NCBI GenBank assembly: GCA_942492765.1
Contig: OW818634.1
Location: 89,159 to 153,158 of the forward strand
Length of the DNA stretch: 64,000 nucleotides
Direction of reading: 5' to 3'
Source of the DNA: an uncultured bacterium
Lineage (GTDB): Bacteria; Patescibacteriota; Patescibacteriia; Patescibacteriales; UBA12465
A program made the position numbers and the translations under genes. Below, piece after piece: positions 8,983-18,000 of this stretch. The number at the start of each line of letters is the position of its first letter. The first letter of the stretch is position 1. The notes beneath the pieces were generated by a model that worked only from the letters and a program-made list of their open reading frames with translations, searched no databases and was not told the origin of the DNA.

Positions 8983-9828
8983 TTAATTTTTTTTGAAATT
9001 CAATAAATTAATCACCAACTCGATGGTTAGCGAAGGCGGTTTAGAATTGCCATTAAGACTTTGGCGTCTGAACGCTTGAATCTTGAATAGTTCCCTGTCC
9101 CAGCTATCGCTTCTCAAATATCCGACGGAAATTCCGCCGCCATATTCTCCGAAGATCTGCCCGGAAGGGTTCTCCCAGCCGCCGCCTATATGAGCCGTCG
9201 GTTCAATGAAGAAATCAGTGAATCTTATCGAGAAAGGAATCTTCTTGATCCCATTCTCGTAAATCAGACGGAAACTGCCTTTTTTCTCGGGAGTCTTCGC
9301 TCTGACAACGCCAGGGGTCGTGCTGTAACGCGCTTCGCCTGTCTTTATCGGCATTTGCCATTCGGCGATAGCTAAGCTATTGCCGAACCAATCATCGAAC
9401 AGTCGGGTCGATCTCAAGCCTCCTTGAAAGAGGAAGAGCTGATCTTTCTGCCAAGAGTGGTAGGTGCGGCTAGCGCCGCGATCATAATTCCAGCGCAGGC
9501 CGGAATTGATCCAGAAATAACTGTTGGCGTTAGTTGAATTCCACCATCTATCGACTGATAAGCCGATAGCGCAGAAGTCCCCTTGGTAATGAAAGGGGTC
9601 GGTTTGATCTTGGATCAGGTGCACCCAGGTGTAGTTGGCCATCAGGCCGAACCTTGTCTGGTTTCCGAACATCAAGCGGCTTTCTACGAACTCGTAGTCG
9701 CCGTTGATCTTTTCGGTTCCTGTTCCGCTTTGGAATATCCCGGCACCAGCGATGCCAATAAGTTTCTGCGACTTCCCTCCTAGCGCCAGCGCCAAAAGAA
9801 GAAGAAAAAACATCATCTTTTTCATCAT
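8983..9828 (-). CDS. Hypothetical secreted beta-rich protein (porin/beta-barrel-like pattern)
   Basis: 281 aa. Signal peptide MMKKMMFFLLLLALALGG. Many short alternating hydrophobic/aromatic strands (FGLMANYTWVHLI, YFWINSGLRWNY, GGISVGYLR, LTIELVINLLNF). No family recognised. Confidence 0.45.
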   Translation of the reverse strand: MMKKMMFFLLLLALALGGKSQKLIGIAGAGIFQSGTGTEKINGDYEFVESRLMFGNQTRFGLMANYTWVHLIQDQTDPFHYQGDFCAIGLSVDRWWNSTNANSYFWINSGLRWNYDRGASRTYHSWQKDQLFLFQGGLRSTRLFDDWFGNSLAIAEWQMPIKTGEARYSTTPGVVRAKTPEKKGSFRLIYENGIKKIPFSIRFTDFFIEPTAHIGGGWENPSGQIFGEYGGGISVGYLRSDSWDRELFKIQAFRRQSLNGNSKPPSLTIELVINLLNFKKN

Positions 9829-9942
9829 GACATATTTAAGTTTTTAATTATTAAAGTACGTTTTTGGATTTGAGAGTCCGAATGATTCTGGCTCTCAACA
9901 CCAAGGGGAATCAAATCGATTCCCCGTTCGGGTATATTCTAG

Positions 9943-10590
9943 TTATCGTAAATCTCTCAGAGCGGTCAGGCGTCTTTCTTTGCGGCTCGTCGGAAAATAA
10001 TAGACATAGGCGAGTCCGAAGGCGAAGCCGAAGATGAGTCCGGCTGTGGCATTCAAAGGCAGATTCGGTTTGACCGGGTAAGATGATACTGTCGGTTCAT
10101 CTATCACCTTGACTCTCAAGACATTGGCTGAGCCCTGATAGACGTTATTTTGAGTAATCAGGGCGTTGTTAACCGCATAAGCGATCTGCTTGGCCTGGTA
10201 AGGATCTGGATGATAGACTTCTATTTCCATGACGCCAGTGTCGTTGACATTGCGCGCTAAGACGCTTTTTTTCCATAGCTTGGTCTGTTCCTTGTAATCG
10301 CCGCTGAAATAATTCCAGTCGATATCATAATTAGAGGCAGTCAGTAACTGGAAGAAGGAACCGGAATAAACCGCTTCGGATAATAAGGATGTCAGATACT
10401 GGTTGGATCTGGCGATAGTATAAGGATCAGAAATGGAACCGTCGGCCATGATTAATAAGCGGGAGCTGACCCGGTACTTCAAAGGCTGAACAAAAGTTAT
10501 CGCCAGAGCGATAGCCGTAAAGATAATTACGGAAGCGATGACTGCTCCTTGGCGTTTCTTGATCAATTTAAAAAAATTTGTGATTTCCAT
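9943..10590 (-). CDS. Wzz/chain-length-determinant-like (PCP-type) membrane protein, short form
   Basis: 215 aa. The N-terminal TM is followed by the PLKYRVSSRLLI motif typical of the Wzz N-terminal domain. There is a second TM at the C-terminus (GLIFGFAFGLAYVYYF). No kinase domain is present. Confidence 0.65.
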   Translation of the reverse strand: MEITNFFKLIKKRQGAVIASVIIFTAIALAITFVQPLKYRVSSRLLIMADGSISDPYTIARSNQYLTSLLSEAVYSGSFFQLLTASNYDIDWNYFSGDYKEQTKLWKKSVLARNVNDTGVMEIEVYHPDPYQAKQIAYAVNNALITQNNVYQGSANVLRVKVIDEPTVSSYPVKPNLPLNATAGLIFGFAFGLAYVYYFPTSRKERRLTALRDLR

Positions 10591-10644
10591 AAGTTTATTT
10601 GTTGACCCATAATAGTAACATAATATATTTTTTTAGTCAATAGT

Positions 10645-10676
10645 AAAACAAAAATCGGGTTTATCCCGATTTTTTG
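10645..10676. terminator. Intrinsic terminator overlapping the stop codon of the GT4 gene at 10661-11887
   Basis: atcggg (10654-10659) pairs with cccgat (10665-10670). It is flanked by an A-run and a T-run. Confidence 0.55.
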
Positions 10677-11887
10677 GCTAACTTTGAGTATATTTTTAGT
10701 ATCTTTTGCAAGTGGAGGTCCGGATCAAGTTCTTGGGCGCTTTTTTGCGCCTTTGTCTTTATTTGTTTACTCTCTTCTGGATTAAGATGGAAAATCGTCT
10801 CGATTGACGCTTTTAGATCTTTAATGTCGCCAGCTGCGAACAAGAATCCGTTCTCTTTATCCTTGATTATTTCTGGCAGGCCGCCGACGCGGCTAGCGAT
10901 TACAAGTTTTCCTTGCGCTAAAGATTCCAGCAGAGCGAGCGGCATATTTTCCGGCCAGACTGAAGGAAAGACGACAGCGCGTGCGCGATCTATCTCCTCA
11001 CTTAAAGATTGGCCGGAGAGCTGCCCTAATAATCTTATCTGTCCGCTCTTTATTTCTGAAGCGAATTCTTTTTCGATCTTTTCTTTTTCAGGCCCAGCGC
11101 CAGCGATATGCAGATTTCGGCCGCTTTCTTTCGCCGCTTTGATCAAGTCGCCTATTCCCTTTTCCGGAGCGAGGCGGCCGAAGTATAGGAGATAATCTTC
11201 TTCTGCCGCTCGGTTCTCGGATATTTTTGGCGCTGGATTATGAACGGTGATTATCTTGTCTTCCGGCCAGCCGCTCTCAATGACGAGACGGCGCATGAAT
11301 TCGCTGGGAGCGATCAAGAGGTCGATATTCTTTTCGTAGATATGCAGCCATTTATGATGGATAGTCATTTCTAAGGAAGCTAGAAAACTGGCGCCATAAG
11401 ATCCATAGCAGTTATTTAATAAGCAGGACCAATAGCTTTTCTTGTCCAGGCATTTCCGGCAGAAATGATTCTTCGTGAATAAGCGGTAGTTCGGGCAGAT
11501 CAGCTTATAATCATGAAGATGCATCACGACTAGAATATTCCTTTCTTTGGCCGCCTCTAAGATCGAAGGGGATATCTGATGGTAGATATTGTGGACGTGG
11601 ACTATGTCCGGTTTGAAATCATCAAGCTCGCGCGCGAAGCGGCGTTTCGCTTCTCGGCTATAGATCATTCGGCCAGGAATCTTCAGCTTGTCTTTTAATC
11701 CGCCGCCATTGAATTCGACCGGAGAGACGAAATATTTAGAATAAGGAGATTCTAGATTGCGCGGATCGGCCATAGCGAAAACAGCGACCTCGCGCCCAGA
11801 GGCTTGCAAAGCTGCGGTTAAGCTGATGAAATATTTATCAGCTCCGCCCTTGGGGTAGAAGAATTTATTAGCTTGCAGGATACGCAT
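10661..11887 (-). CDS. Glycosyltransferase, GT4 (GT-B) family
   Basis: The track ORF runs to 12019, but its first 44 codons overlap the divergent gene starting at 11949. An internal ATG at 11885-11887 gives the typical GT4 N-terminus MRILQANKFFYPKGGADKY. C-terminal motif PSVWPENMPLALLESLAQG. Confidence 0.85.
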   Translation of the reverse strand: MRILQANKFFYPKGGADKYFISLTAALQASGREVAVFAMADPRNLESPYSKYFVSPVEFNGGGLKDKLKIPGRMIYSREAKRRFARELDDFKPDIVHVHNIYHQISPSILEAAKERNILVVMHLHDYKLICPNYRLFTKNHFCRKCLDKKSYWSCLLNNCYGSYGASFLASLEMTIHHKWLHIYEKNIDLLIAPSEFMRRLVIESGWPEDKIITVHNPAPKISENRAAEEDYLLYFGRLAPEKGIGDLIKAAKESGRNLHIAGAGPEKEKIEKEFASEIKSGQIRLLGQLSGQSLSEEIDRARAVVFPSVWPENMPLALLESLAQGKLVIASRVGGLPEIIKDKENGFLFAAGDIKDLKASIETIFHLNPEESKQIKTKAQKSAQELDPDLHLQKILKIYSKLAKKSG

Positions 11888-11948
11888 ATATTTTGACTTT
11901 CCAGCTTTTATTGATAAAATTGAAATATGTATAATTATAACATCCTTT

Positions 11949-13298
11949 ATGGAAAATACTAAGCGTTTGTTCGCTCTAGCCGCCGCTATTTTTTTAGCTG
12001 CCTCTTTCGTGCTCACCATCTTTTGGACTCAGGGTTTAGGCTTATTATTACTGACTATCTTGGCTCTCGGCGCTTTTACGGCCTCCTTTTTCTATCCTCG
12101 AGCCGCTTTCGCGGTTCTTATCATCATGAGGACGGCCGCCGATTTCTTGACTGGCCAAGCGCTTTTTTCGATCGGCGGCTTATCAGTCAATTTTACCTCG
12201 CTCATGGGAGCTATCGTCATCATGTTCGCGATCATAGTATTTATAAGCAATCAGGGCTGGCAGGTCAAGACGCCATTACTGATAACCTGGCTATTATTCC
12301 TGGGATTGGCAGCCGCTTTGTCTTTTAATTCTATCAGCCTCGGCGCCAGCTTAGTGGAGTTCTTGCGCTGGCTGAGCTTCTTCGCTCTCTTCGTTCTCGG
12401 TTTTTACCTCTTTAGAGGCAGTAAGATTTTAACTAACTTGATCCGTATCCTTATCGTCTCTTCGCTGATTCCCACTATTGTCGCTATTTGGCAGGCCCTT
12501 AATAAGCAAGGCGTCTTCGATGGCGAGCGCTGGCGCTTGAACGGAACCTTTGTTCACCCGAATATGCTCGCCTTCTACCTAGTTTTCGTCATTACGCTCG
12601 CTTGCTTCATCTTCTTATCGCTGAAGAAGCAGGCGGTTGAAAAATATATCTATCTCATTTTAGCCGCTCCTTTCTTAGGCGTTCTGATCCTGACTTATAC
12701 TCGCGGCGCTTGGCTCTGCTTATTCGTAATTTTCTTTCTTATCGGCCTGACCCGTTTCCGCGCTTTCTTGCTGGCTGGCCTAGGTTTCATCATTATCTTT
12801 TATATCGCCTTCATCCCCTTTCAAGACCGGGTCAATAGCTTATTTTCTTTTTCCGCTACGGACTCGACTGTCTGGCGCCTAGATTTATGGCGCGATGCGA
12901 TCGGCTATGCTCAGAGCCGCCCCTTGTTAGGCTATGGTCCAGGAACGGCCGATATAGTAATCAGTAATAATCGTTCCGCTATCTTGGGTTCAAGCGAGCC
13001 GCATAATGATTATATCAAGATATTATTAGAAACCGGGGTGATCGGCCTAGTTGCTTATCTGGCCCTGATCGCCAATCTTTTATGGCATCTGATTCAGGGC
13101 TGGCAGAACGAAAAATGGCCGCGCCGGAAATTATTATTTTTATTCATGCTTATCTTCTCTGGCTCTCTTTATCTTTTCAGCGCCGGCGATAATATCCTGA
13201 AAGATTCTTCCTTGCAATGGAGCTTCTGGGCGCTTAGCGGCGCCATGATGTTCGCCTATCTCGAGAGTAAAAGCGACAAAGCGGACATGACCGTGTAA
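11949..13298 (+). CDS. O-antigen ligase / Wzy_C-family polytopic membrane protein
   Basis: 449 aa with ~10-12 TM helices. Characteristic loop YTRGAWLCLFVIFFL and later EPHNDYIKILLETGVIGLVAYL. Confidence 0.8.
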   Translation: MENTKRLFALAAAIFLAASFVLTIFWTQGLGLLLLTILALGAFTASFFYPRAAFAVLIIMRTAADFLTGQALFSIGGLSVNFTSLMGAIVIMFAIIVFISNQGWQVKTPLLITWLLFLGLAAALSFNSISLGASLVEFLRWLSFFALFVLGFYLFRGSKILTNLIRILIVSSLIPTIVAIWQALNKQGVFDGERWRLNGTFVHPNMLAFYLVFVITLACFIFLSLKKQAVEKYIYLILAAPFLGVLILTYTRGAWLCLFVIFFLIGLTRFRAFLLAGLGFIIIFYIAFIPFQDRVNSLFSFSATDSTVWRLDLWRDAIGYAQSRPLLGYGPGTADIVISNNRSAILGSSEPHNDYIKILLETGVIGLVAYLALIANLLWHLIQGWQNEKWPRRKLLFLFMLIFSGSLYLFSAGDNILKDSSLQWSFWALSGAMMFAYLESKSDKADMTV

Positions 13299-13325
13299 AT
13301 AATGCCCAAGATAATGCGCAAGGCA

Positions 13326-13365
13326 AAAAGAAAACCGCTTATTTTGTAAGCGGTTTTTTTGTTTT
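13326..13365. terminator. Bidirectional intrinsic terminator between convergent genes
   Basis: accgctta (13334-13341) pairs with taagcggt (13347-13354). An A-run lies before the hairpin and T7 after it. Confidence 0.7.
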
Positions 13366-13378
13366 AGCTGTTAGGCAG

Positions 13379-14470
13379 CTATTCCCTTCTTGTGGTTCCG
13401 TCGTTGTAGAAGATCCAAGCTTTTTTAGCTAAAGGATCGACAAAGACTAGGCCGTTCTGATATGCGCGGCTATGAGAACCGTCGCTATTAGCTCGAGTCT
13501 CGGCGATCGGAGCTCCTAATGCTAGTTGGTATTTATTCTCATATTTTGTGTTTTGCAAATATGAGAAATAGACATTATCCAATAACATGGAGGAGCAGAT
13601 TGTAAAGAAATAATTGTCAGTCCGAGCATTGAAGATATCAGGACCGTCAGGAAAGCTTGAAGCGTTGCTGATATTCTCATACCAAGCCTCGAAGGTTGAA
13701 TCAGCTTCATTTAGATAGATTTCAGGAAAATTCTCGAACATCTTGCCAGAACATTGTTTCTGATAATCCAAATGTCCGGGGTTTCCGATAATCTTCAGGC
13801 TTTCTCCGCCGAATTTTTTCAGCGTATCCAGACAATCTATCAAGCCTTTGCGCCAGTAGACGTCCACTAGATGGACATCGGCGTCTTTGACAGGAGCCCA
13901 GGCAAAGCCGTTCTTGTTGCTGCCATAGTTTCCGAGCCAATAGACCTTGTTCCAGAGATTATCCATCAGGACGCCGTCGAAGCGGTATTCTTTAAGAATA
14001 TCCTCGATGAAGCGGTCAGTGATGAATTCTACATAGTTGACCGGCTTCTTGTCTTCCGTGTATACTCGCAGCTTTGGGCAATCGGCAAGACAATTCATGG
14101 TCTGCATGCCAGGCCAGAAGCTCAGGCGTTTCCCATCTTGGCCATGCAAGAACCATTCCTCGTTCTTTTCTAAGAACGCGAGGATATTCTTGGACCAAGG
14201 CTTGTCGCTGAACATCGGATTGAACCATTCTACTATATTGAAATAACAGTAGATTTGGATATTCGGATTGTCAGCGCGTAAAGCGTCTAAAGAAGCTCGA
14301 TCATTAAAGATTATTTCCGGATCGACTATGACTAGGTCATAACCCTTGAGCTGTCCCGCTTCTTTCAAGGACATCTTCGGCAAGTACCAATGGACTGCCG
14401 TTCTTTGAGCTTGAGCATCATGGGCATAAAACATGCCGAGAAAACTCAGAAAAAGAATCAGTTTTTTCAT
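13379..14470 (-). CDS. Hypothetical secreted protein, possibly a TIM-barrel glycoside-hydrolase-like (GHL-type) enzyme
   Basis: 363 aa. Signal peptide MKKLILFLSFLGMFYAHDAQA. The GYDLVIVDPE and FDGVLMDNLW segments resemble putative glycosidase families. The assignment is weak. Confidence 0.35.
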   Translation of the reverse strand: MKKLILFLSFLGMFYAHDAQAQRTAVHWYLPKMSLKEAGQLKGYDLVIVDPEIIFNDRASLDALRADNPNIQIYCYFNIVEWFNPMFSDKPWSKNILAFLEKNEEWFLHGQDGKRLSFWPGMQTMNCLADCPKLRVYTEDKKPVNYVEFITDRFIEDILKEYRFDGVLMDNLWNKVYWLGNYGSNKNGFAWAPVKDADVHLVDVYWRKGLIDCLDTLKKFGGESLKIIGNPGHLDYQKQCSGKMFENFPEIYLNEADSTFEAWYENISNASSFPDGPDIFNARTDNYFFTICSSMLLDNVYFSYLQNTKYENKYQLALGAPIAETRANSDGSHSRAYQNGLVFVDPLAKKAWIFYNDGTTRRE

Positions 14471-14558
14471 CTTCTAGTGGGTTTATTTAGTTTTAGTTTT
14501 TAATGTTCTACTTTTGTCTCAATTATTAAAGAGTTTCCTCTATAATATAAGACCCTTC

Positions 14559-14587
14559 ATAATATCATTTATTCTTGTATATGTCAA
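14559..14587 (-). promoter_or_regulatory. Sigma70-type promoter for the 13379-14470 gene
   Basis: The minus strand reads TTGACA (14587-14582), a 17-nt spacer, then TATTAT (14564-14559). Confidence 0.5.
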
Positions 14588-14734
14588 TATAATTATTAAC
14601 TATCCACCCTTGACTTTTTATATGAAAAGTGATAAGGTTTCTTGAACGCTTAAAAAATAATTAAAAAATAAGTCAGAATGCCGGTTTTAACAGAAAACCA
14701 GTATTTAAAATTTTGTTTAAATTTTAGCAAAAAT

Positions 14735-16039
14735 ATGATTAAGAAAAAATTATTCAAACGTATTGCCCTTATCGCTTTAATGGCAATCATCCTTACTCCC
14801 CTAGTTTTCATCAACTCCGGGACCACTAAAGTTCAGCCCTATTACTCCGGCGATGCGATCAATTATCGCGGCCAGGTTATCTTCGGCACCGCTAATTCCG
14901 GCTATCTGGAGATTTTCAAGCTGAACGGCAATGACGTGGAGGTTCTAGTCAAGACTAAAGACCATAACCCGACTTTTAACTCTTATAACGATTATTCTGA
15001 CGTGAAGTTCGTTACTGAGAATGGCGGTCTGTATGTCTACGCCACTTCCCAGTACACCGTCTTCAAGTATGACTTCTCTGAGCTCAATTCCCTTAAGCTG
15101 GTCAGCAAAGTCAAGAATACCTATTGGGAATGGTATAACCAGATCGAGAAACTGGGCGACAGCCTGGTTCTCGTCAGCGATAAAGGTATCAAGGTCATTA
15201 ATAAGGATTTGGACGTGATTGATTCCTATAACTTCTCCGGCGTCGAGTCTTATAGCGTCGTCAGCAATGGTGATAACAATAAGATATTAGGCATCGGCGA
15301 TTCTAAGATCAAGATCTTTGATCGTTCCAATCGTCAGGTTTCTAAGGAAATCGCTCTGAACTTCACTTCCGAGGGCAATAACCATAAAGCTTATCTCGAT
15401 GTTTTGGACAATAACATCTATGCTATTGATGATTACTATGCCAAGAAGTTCGACGCGACTACTGGGGAGCTATTAGCTTCTTATCGCCATCTCGATACTG
15501 CTGGCTATGATATGGAAAGCTCTGCCGGCAATGATTACGTCTATTTCTCTAACGGTCTCGGCGTCGTCAAGATGAATAAGGCTGATTTCACCGTTGCCGA
15601 TTCTGTCGAGACTTCCATGATCGCCGGTCCGCAAGGCTGGGCCATGGGTCTTAAGCTCGTGAATACTGATGAAGGCGATGTGATAGTCGTCTTCAATAAT
15701 TCCAATATCCTCTTACTCAACAGCCAGCTAGCCAAGATCGCTTCCGTCAAGTCTGTCGAGTCTACCGACGAACAGCCTTTAGAAAGATTAGCTTTGAATA
15801 TCGATCATACTTCCGCGACTGTCGGCGGCACCGTCAATCTTATAGGCGCTGGCTTCTGGGCTAATGATAAGCTGCAGATCTTAGTCGGCGAAACCGAGAT
15901 CAAGACTATCACTGCTGATAAGAACGGCCGTTTTGACGCTTCCCTGGTTATTCCGGAAGTTAAGAAACAGAAACAGGACATTAAGGTCAACGGCCTTAAT
16001 TCCGGCCTGACTTATAGCATCAGCTTCGAAGTTAAATAA
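14735..16039 (+). CDS. Hypothetical secreted protein (beta-propeller-like body, C-terminal IPT/Ig-like domain)
   Basis: The track start is 14678. The internal ATG at 14735 gives a signal/anchor N-terminus MIKKKLFKRIALIALMAIILTPLVF. The C-terminal ~85 aa (TVGGTVNLIGAGFWANDKLQILVGETEIKTITADKNGRFDASLVIPE) look Ig/IPT-like. Confidence 0.45.
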   Translation: MIKKKLFKRIALIALMAIILTPLVFINSGTTKVQPYYSGDAINYRGQVIFGTANSGYLEIFKLNGNDVEVLVKTKDHNPTFNSYNDYSDVKFVTENGGLYVYATSQYTVFKYDFSELNSLKLVSKVKNTYWEWYNQIEKLGDSLVLVSDKGIKVINKDLDVIDSYNFSGVESYSVVSNGDNNKILGIGDSKIKIFDRSNRQVSKEIALNFTSEGNNHKAYLDVLDNNIYAIDDYYAKKFDATTGELLASYRHLDTAGYDMESSAGNDYVYFSNGLGVVKMNKADFTVADSVETSMIAGPQGWAMGLKLVNTDEGDVIVVFNNSNILLLNSQLAKIASVKSVESTDEQPLERLALNIDHTSATVGGTVNLIGAGFWANDKLQILVGETEIKTITADKNGRFDASLVIPEVKKQKQDIKVNGLNSGLTYSISFEVK

Positions 16040-16062
16040 TAGATAATAGAAAGACTGAATAT

Positions 16063-16094
16063 AAAAAGAACCGCTTAGCGCGGTTCTTTTTTTG
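16063..16094. terminator. Bidirectional intrinsic terminator
   Basis: gaaccgc (16068-16074) pairs with gcggttc (16080-16086). A5 lies before the hairpin and T7 after it. Confidence 0.7.
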
Positions 16095-16100
16095 GTTAGT

Positions 16101-17996
16101 TTAAAATTTAAAGCTCTTGTCGGTATTGAGATTATCACTCCATTCCTTGGTCTTCCCTGTCAGGGGTTTGTAGATAGTTTTTAGGGAGTTTATACGAGAG
16201 CCGGCCTGGCGTTGGACTAAGAGCTCGTAAGTTCCGGCCCTCATCTGGACATTGATCTTATCCGGCAGATTATAGCTCAGAATGGCGCCGGCGCTCGTGC
16301 CTGGTTCTATCGTCCAAAAGAAGCCAAAGACGGTCTTATTGAGCTTAGGATCATCGGTAACGCTGATATCGGCCGTAGCTTCATTTACACCCTTAAGGCT
16401 TATCAGGCGGCTTCCTAGGGGCGCATAGACGCGGGTATAGCTGCGATAGCGGGTAGTACGCCAGTCAAATCCGCCTTCATGATGATAATCGAGCCGGATG
16501 GCCGCGCTTAAGCCGCCGGCATTCTGATTGACGGTATATGAAAGGTCCTTCTTAATGACGGCATCGCTCTTGAAAGCGCCAAGATTCGCATCGACGACCA
16601 TGAGGTAATCGCTGGCTGGATTCTTCATCTCTCCGCTTAATTCCATTTCTCTGGCTAAGCCTTGCCAGCTGGAGTTTAAGAAATATGTCTGGATATTCTT
16701 TTCAGCGATATTATTGTCGGCAATCTTAATGAGTTCGCCTAACTTATCCGCGCTCAGCTTGAAAAGTCGGCCTTTAAGCTCGTTCATTAGTTCGTCGACG
16801 ATATTCTTGCGGTCCCATGAGGATATGTCCTGGTCTTTATAGGCGACTTCGACGTTATATTGCAGGAGCGGTTGGAAATTAGTGGCATCATAAGTCTGAT
16901 CCCGCACCACTATCGGTCCGACGAGATTGAGCAAATCGCCAATCAGGTCTGGAGTTATGGCCACTATGCCGGTGAAAGGCAAAGTGCTGGTGCCGATGGC
17001 GGCGCTTTCGCCTAAGAATACGTCATTAATATTCTGAGCGGCTGTCGGCCAATCAGGAGACCAGTTAGAGTCGCGGAAATACCATTTCTCGACTTTAAGA
17101 TATTTCTTAAGAGGAGCTGGCGCCTCGGTTTTCCATTTATCTGACAATGAAGCCGGCATATCGATATGGTAGCTATCGTCGGTATCGATAGAGAGGATTG
17201 CGCCGTTCCGGCTTTCTAGGATTCCGTAAACGCCGATGAAGCCGCCGGTCGGACGCAGCTCGTCATTATTCTGCAGGATGATCAAGAAGCGGCTAGCGTT
17301 AGGATAGCCGGCTAAAGCTGGTAAAAGCTTGATGAGGGGCGTTGTTTTGCCTAATAATTCAGAAGCTTGGAATAGTTCTTGCTTAATATCGCTGATCTGG
17401 CTGTATATCGGCCAAAGTATGCCGATCTTATGGGTCTTATCGAGATTCAAGATAGCTAGATCTAAATTAGCCTTCAGGCCGTTGAGTTCCGGTTCTGATT
17501 CATATATCATCTTTAGAAAAAGGCCCTTATCCGCTTCCGGCAGGTCTATGAAATTACGATTACCAGCATTAGCGCTGATCTGGCTCAGCTTGTCAGCTAT
17601 AGGAACACCTCTTTCTAAGGAGCGGCTGAGTATTTCAGCGGTCTTGAGAAGATATTCCAAATCATCTATCTGCATGCGGGCAGGACCGAAATTCTTGATG
17701 GCCGGATTAGTCCTGGTCTTGTCGAGACTAGTCAAAGCTTCATTGAATTCGGAACGAGCCTTGGCTGCCAAAGTTCCAGCTGTTTGCCAGTCCTGGCCTT
17801 TAACAGCATTGATAGCTGCCGTGATATCATTTTTTCCAGCTAAACCCTGTTCTCCAGCGGCTCGTAGCTCTTTGTAAGAACTGCCTAAGGCGACCAGAAG
17901 AAGAATGAGGCCGATAACGGCGATGATCAGGGCGTATTTCAGGACAAACCAGAGAGCGTTTAATGAATAAGCTAGATATCTCTTCGTATTCTTCAT
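16101..17996 (-). CDS. DUF4012 domain-containing membrane-anchored protein
   Basis: 631 aa. N-terminal TM helix. Central motif NNDELRPTGGFIGVYGILE is characteristic of DUF4012. Confidence 0.75.
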   Translation of the reverse strand: MKNTKRYLAYSLNALWFVLKYALIIAVIGLILLLVALGSSYKELRAAGEQGLAGKNDITAAINAVKGQDWQTAGTLAAKARSEFNEALTSLDKTRTNPAIKNFGPARMQIDDLEYLLKTAEILSRSLERGVPIADKLSQISANAGNRNFIDLPEADKGLFLKMIYESEPELNGLKANLDLAILNLDKTHKIGILWPIYSQISDIKQELFQASELLGKTTPLIKLLPALAGYPNASRFLIILQNNDELRPTGGFIGVYGILESRNGAILSIDTDDSYHIDMPASLSDKWKTEAPAPLKKYLKVEKWYFRDSNWSPDWPTAAQNINDVFLGESAAIGTSTLPFTGIVAITPDLIGDLLNLVGPIVVRDQTYDATNFQPLLQYNVEVAYKDQDISSWDRKNIVDELMNELKGRLFKLSADKLGELIKIADNNIAEKNIQTYFLNSSWQGLAREMELSGEMKNPASDYLMVVDANLGAFKSDAVIKKDLSYTVNQNAGGLSAAIRLDYHHEGGFDWRTTRYRSYTRVYAPLGSRLISLKGVNEATADISVTDDPKLNKTVFGFFWTIEPGTSAGAILSYNLPDKINVQMRAGTYELLVQRQAGSRINSLKTIYKPLTGKTKEWSDNLNTDKSFKF

Positions 17997-18000
17997 ATTT

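Noticed and set aside
9862-9916. Two strong hairpins (9862-9886, and 9896-9916 with a perfect 8-bp stem) between the Wzz-like gene and the 8983-9828 gene
   Set aside because: Considered as a riboswitch or regulatory RNA. They are most simply the terminator region of the Wzz-like gene on the minus strand (the first hairpin is followed by UUGGUGUU). They are too short and isolated to propose more.
10674-11195. 173-aa plus-strand ORF antisense to the GT4 gene. The same class includes 17329..17877, 24143..24568, 30574..30942, 35359..35805, 44360..44755, 46523..46885, 47689..48087, 50928..51425 and 38594..38983.
   Set aside because: All are antisense to genes with clear family signatures. They give S/R/P/A-rich low-complexity products and lack independent expression signals.
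11888-12019. 44-codon N-terminal extension of the GT4 ORF in the track
   Set aside because: It overlaps the divergent O-antigen-ligase-like gene and its promoter region. The internal Met gives the canonical GT4 N-terminus MRILQANKFFYP. N-terminal extensions were trimmed on comparable grounds at 14678, 46377 (a GTG inside a UTR hairpin), 46950, 47233, 57980 (TTG) and 62708.
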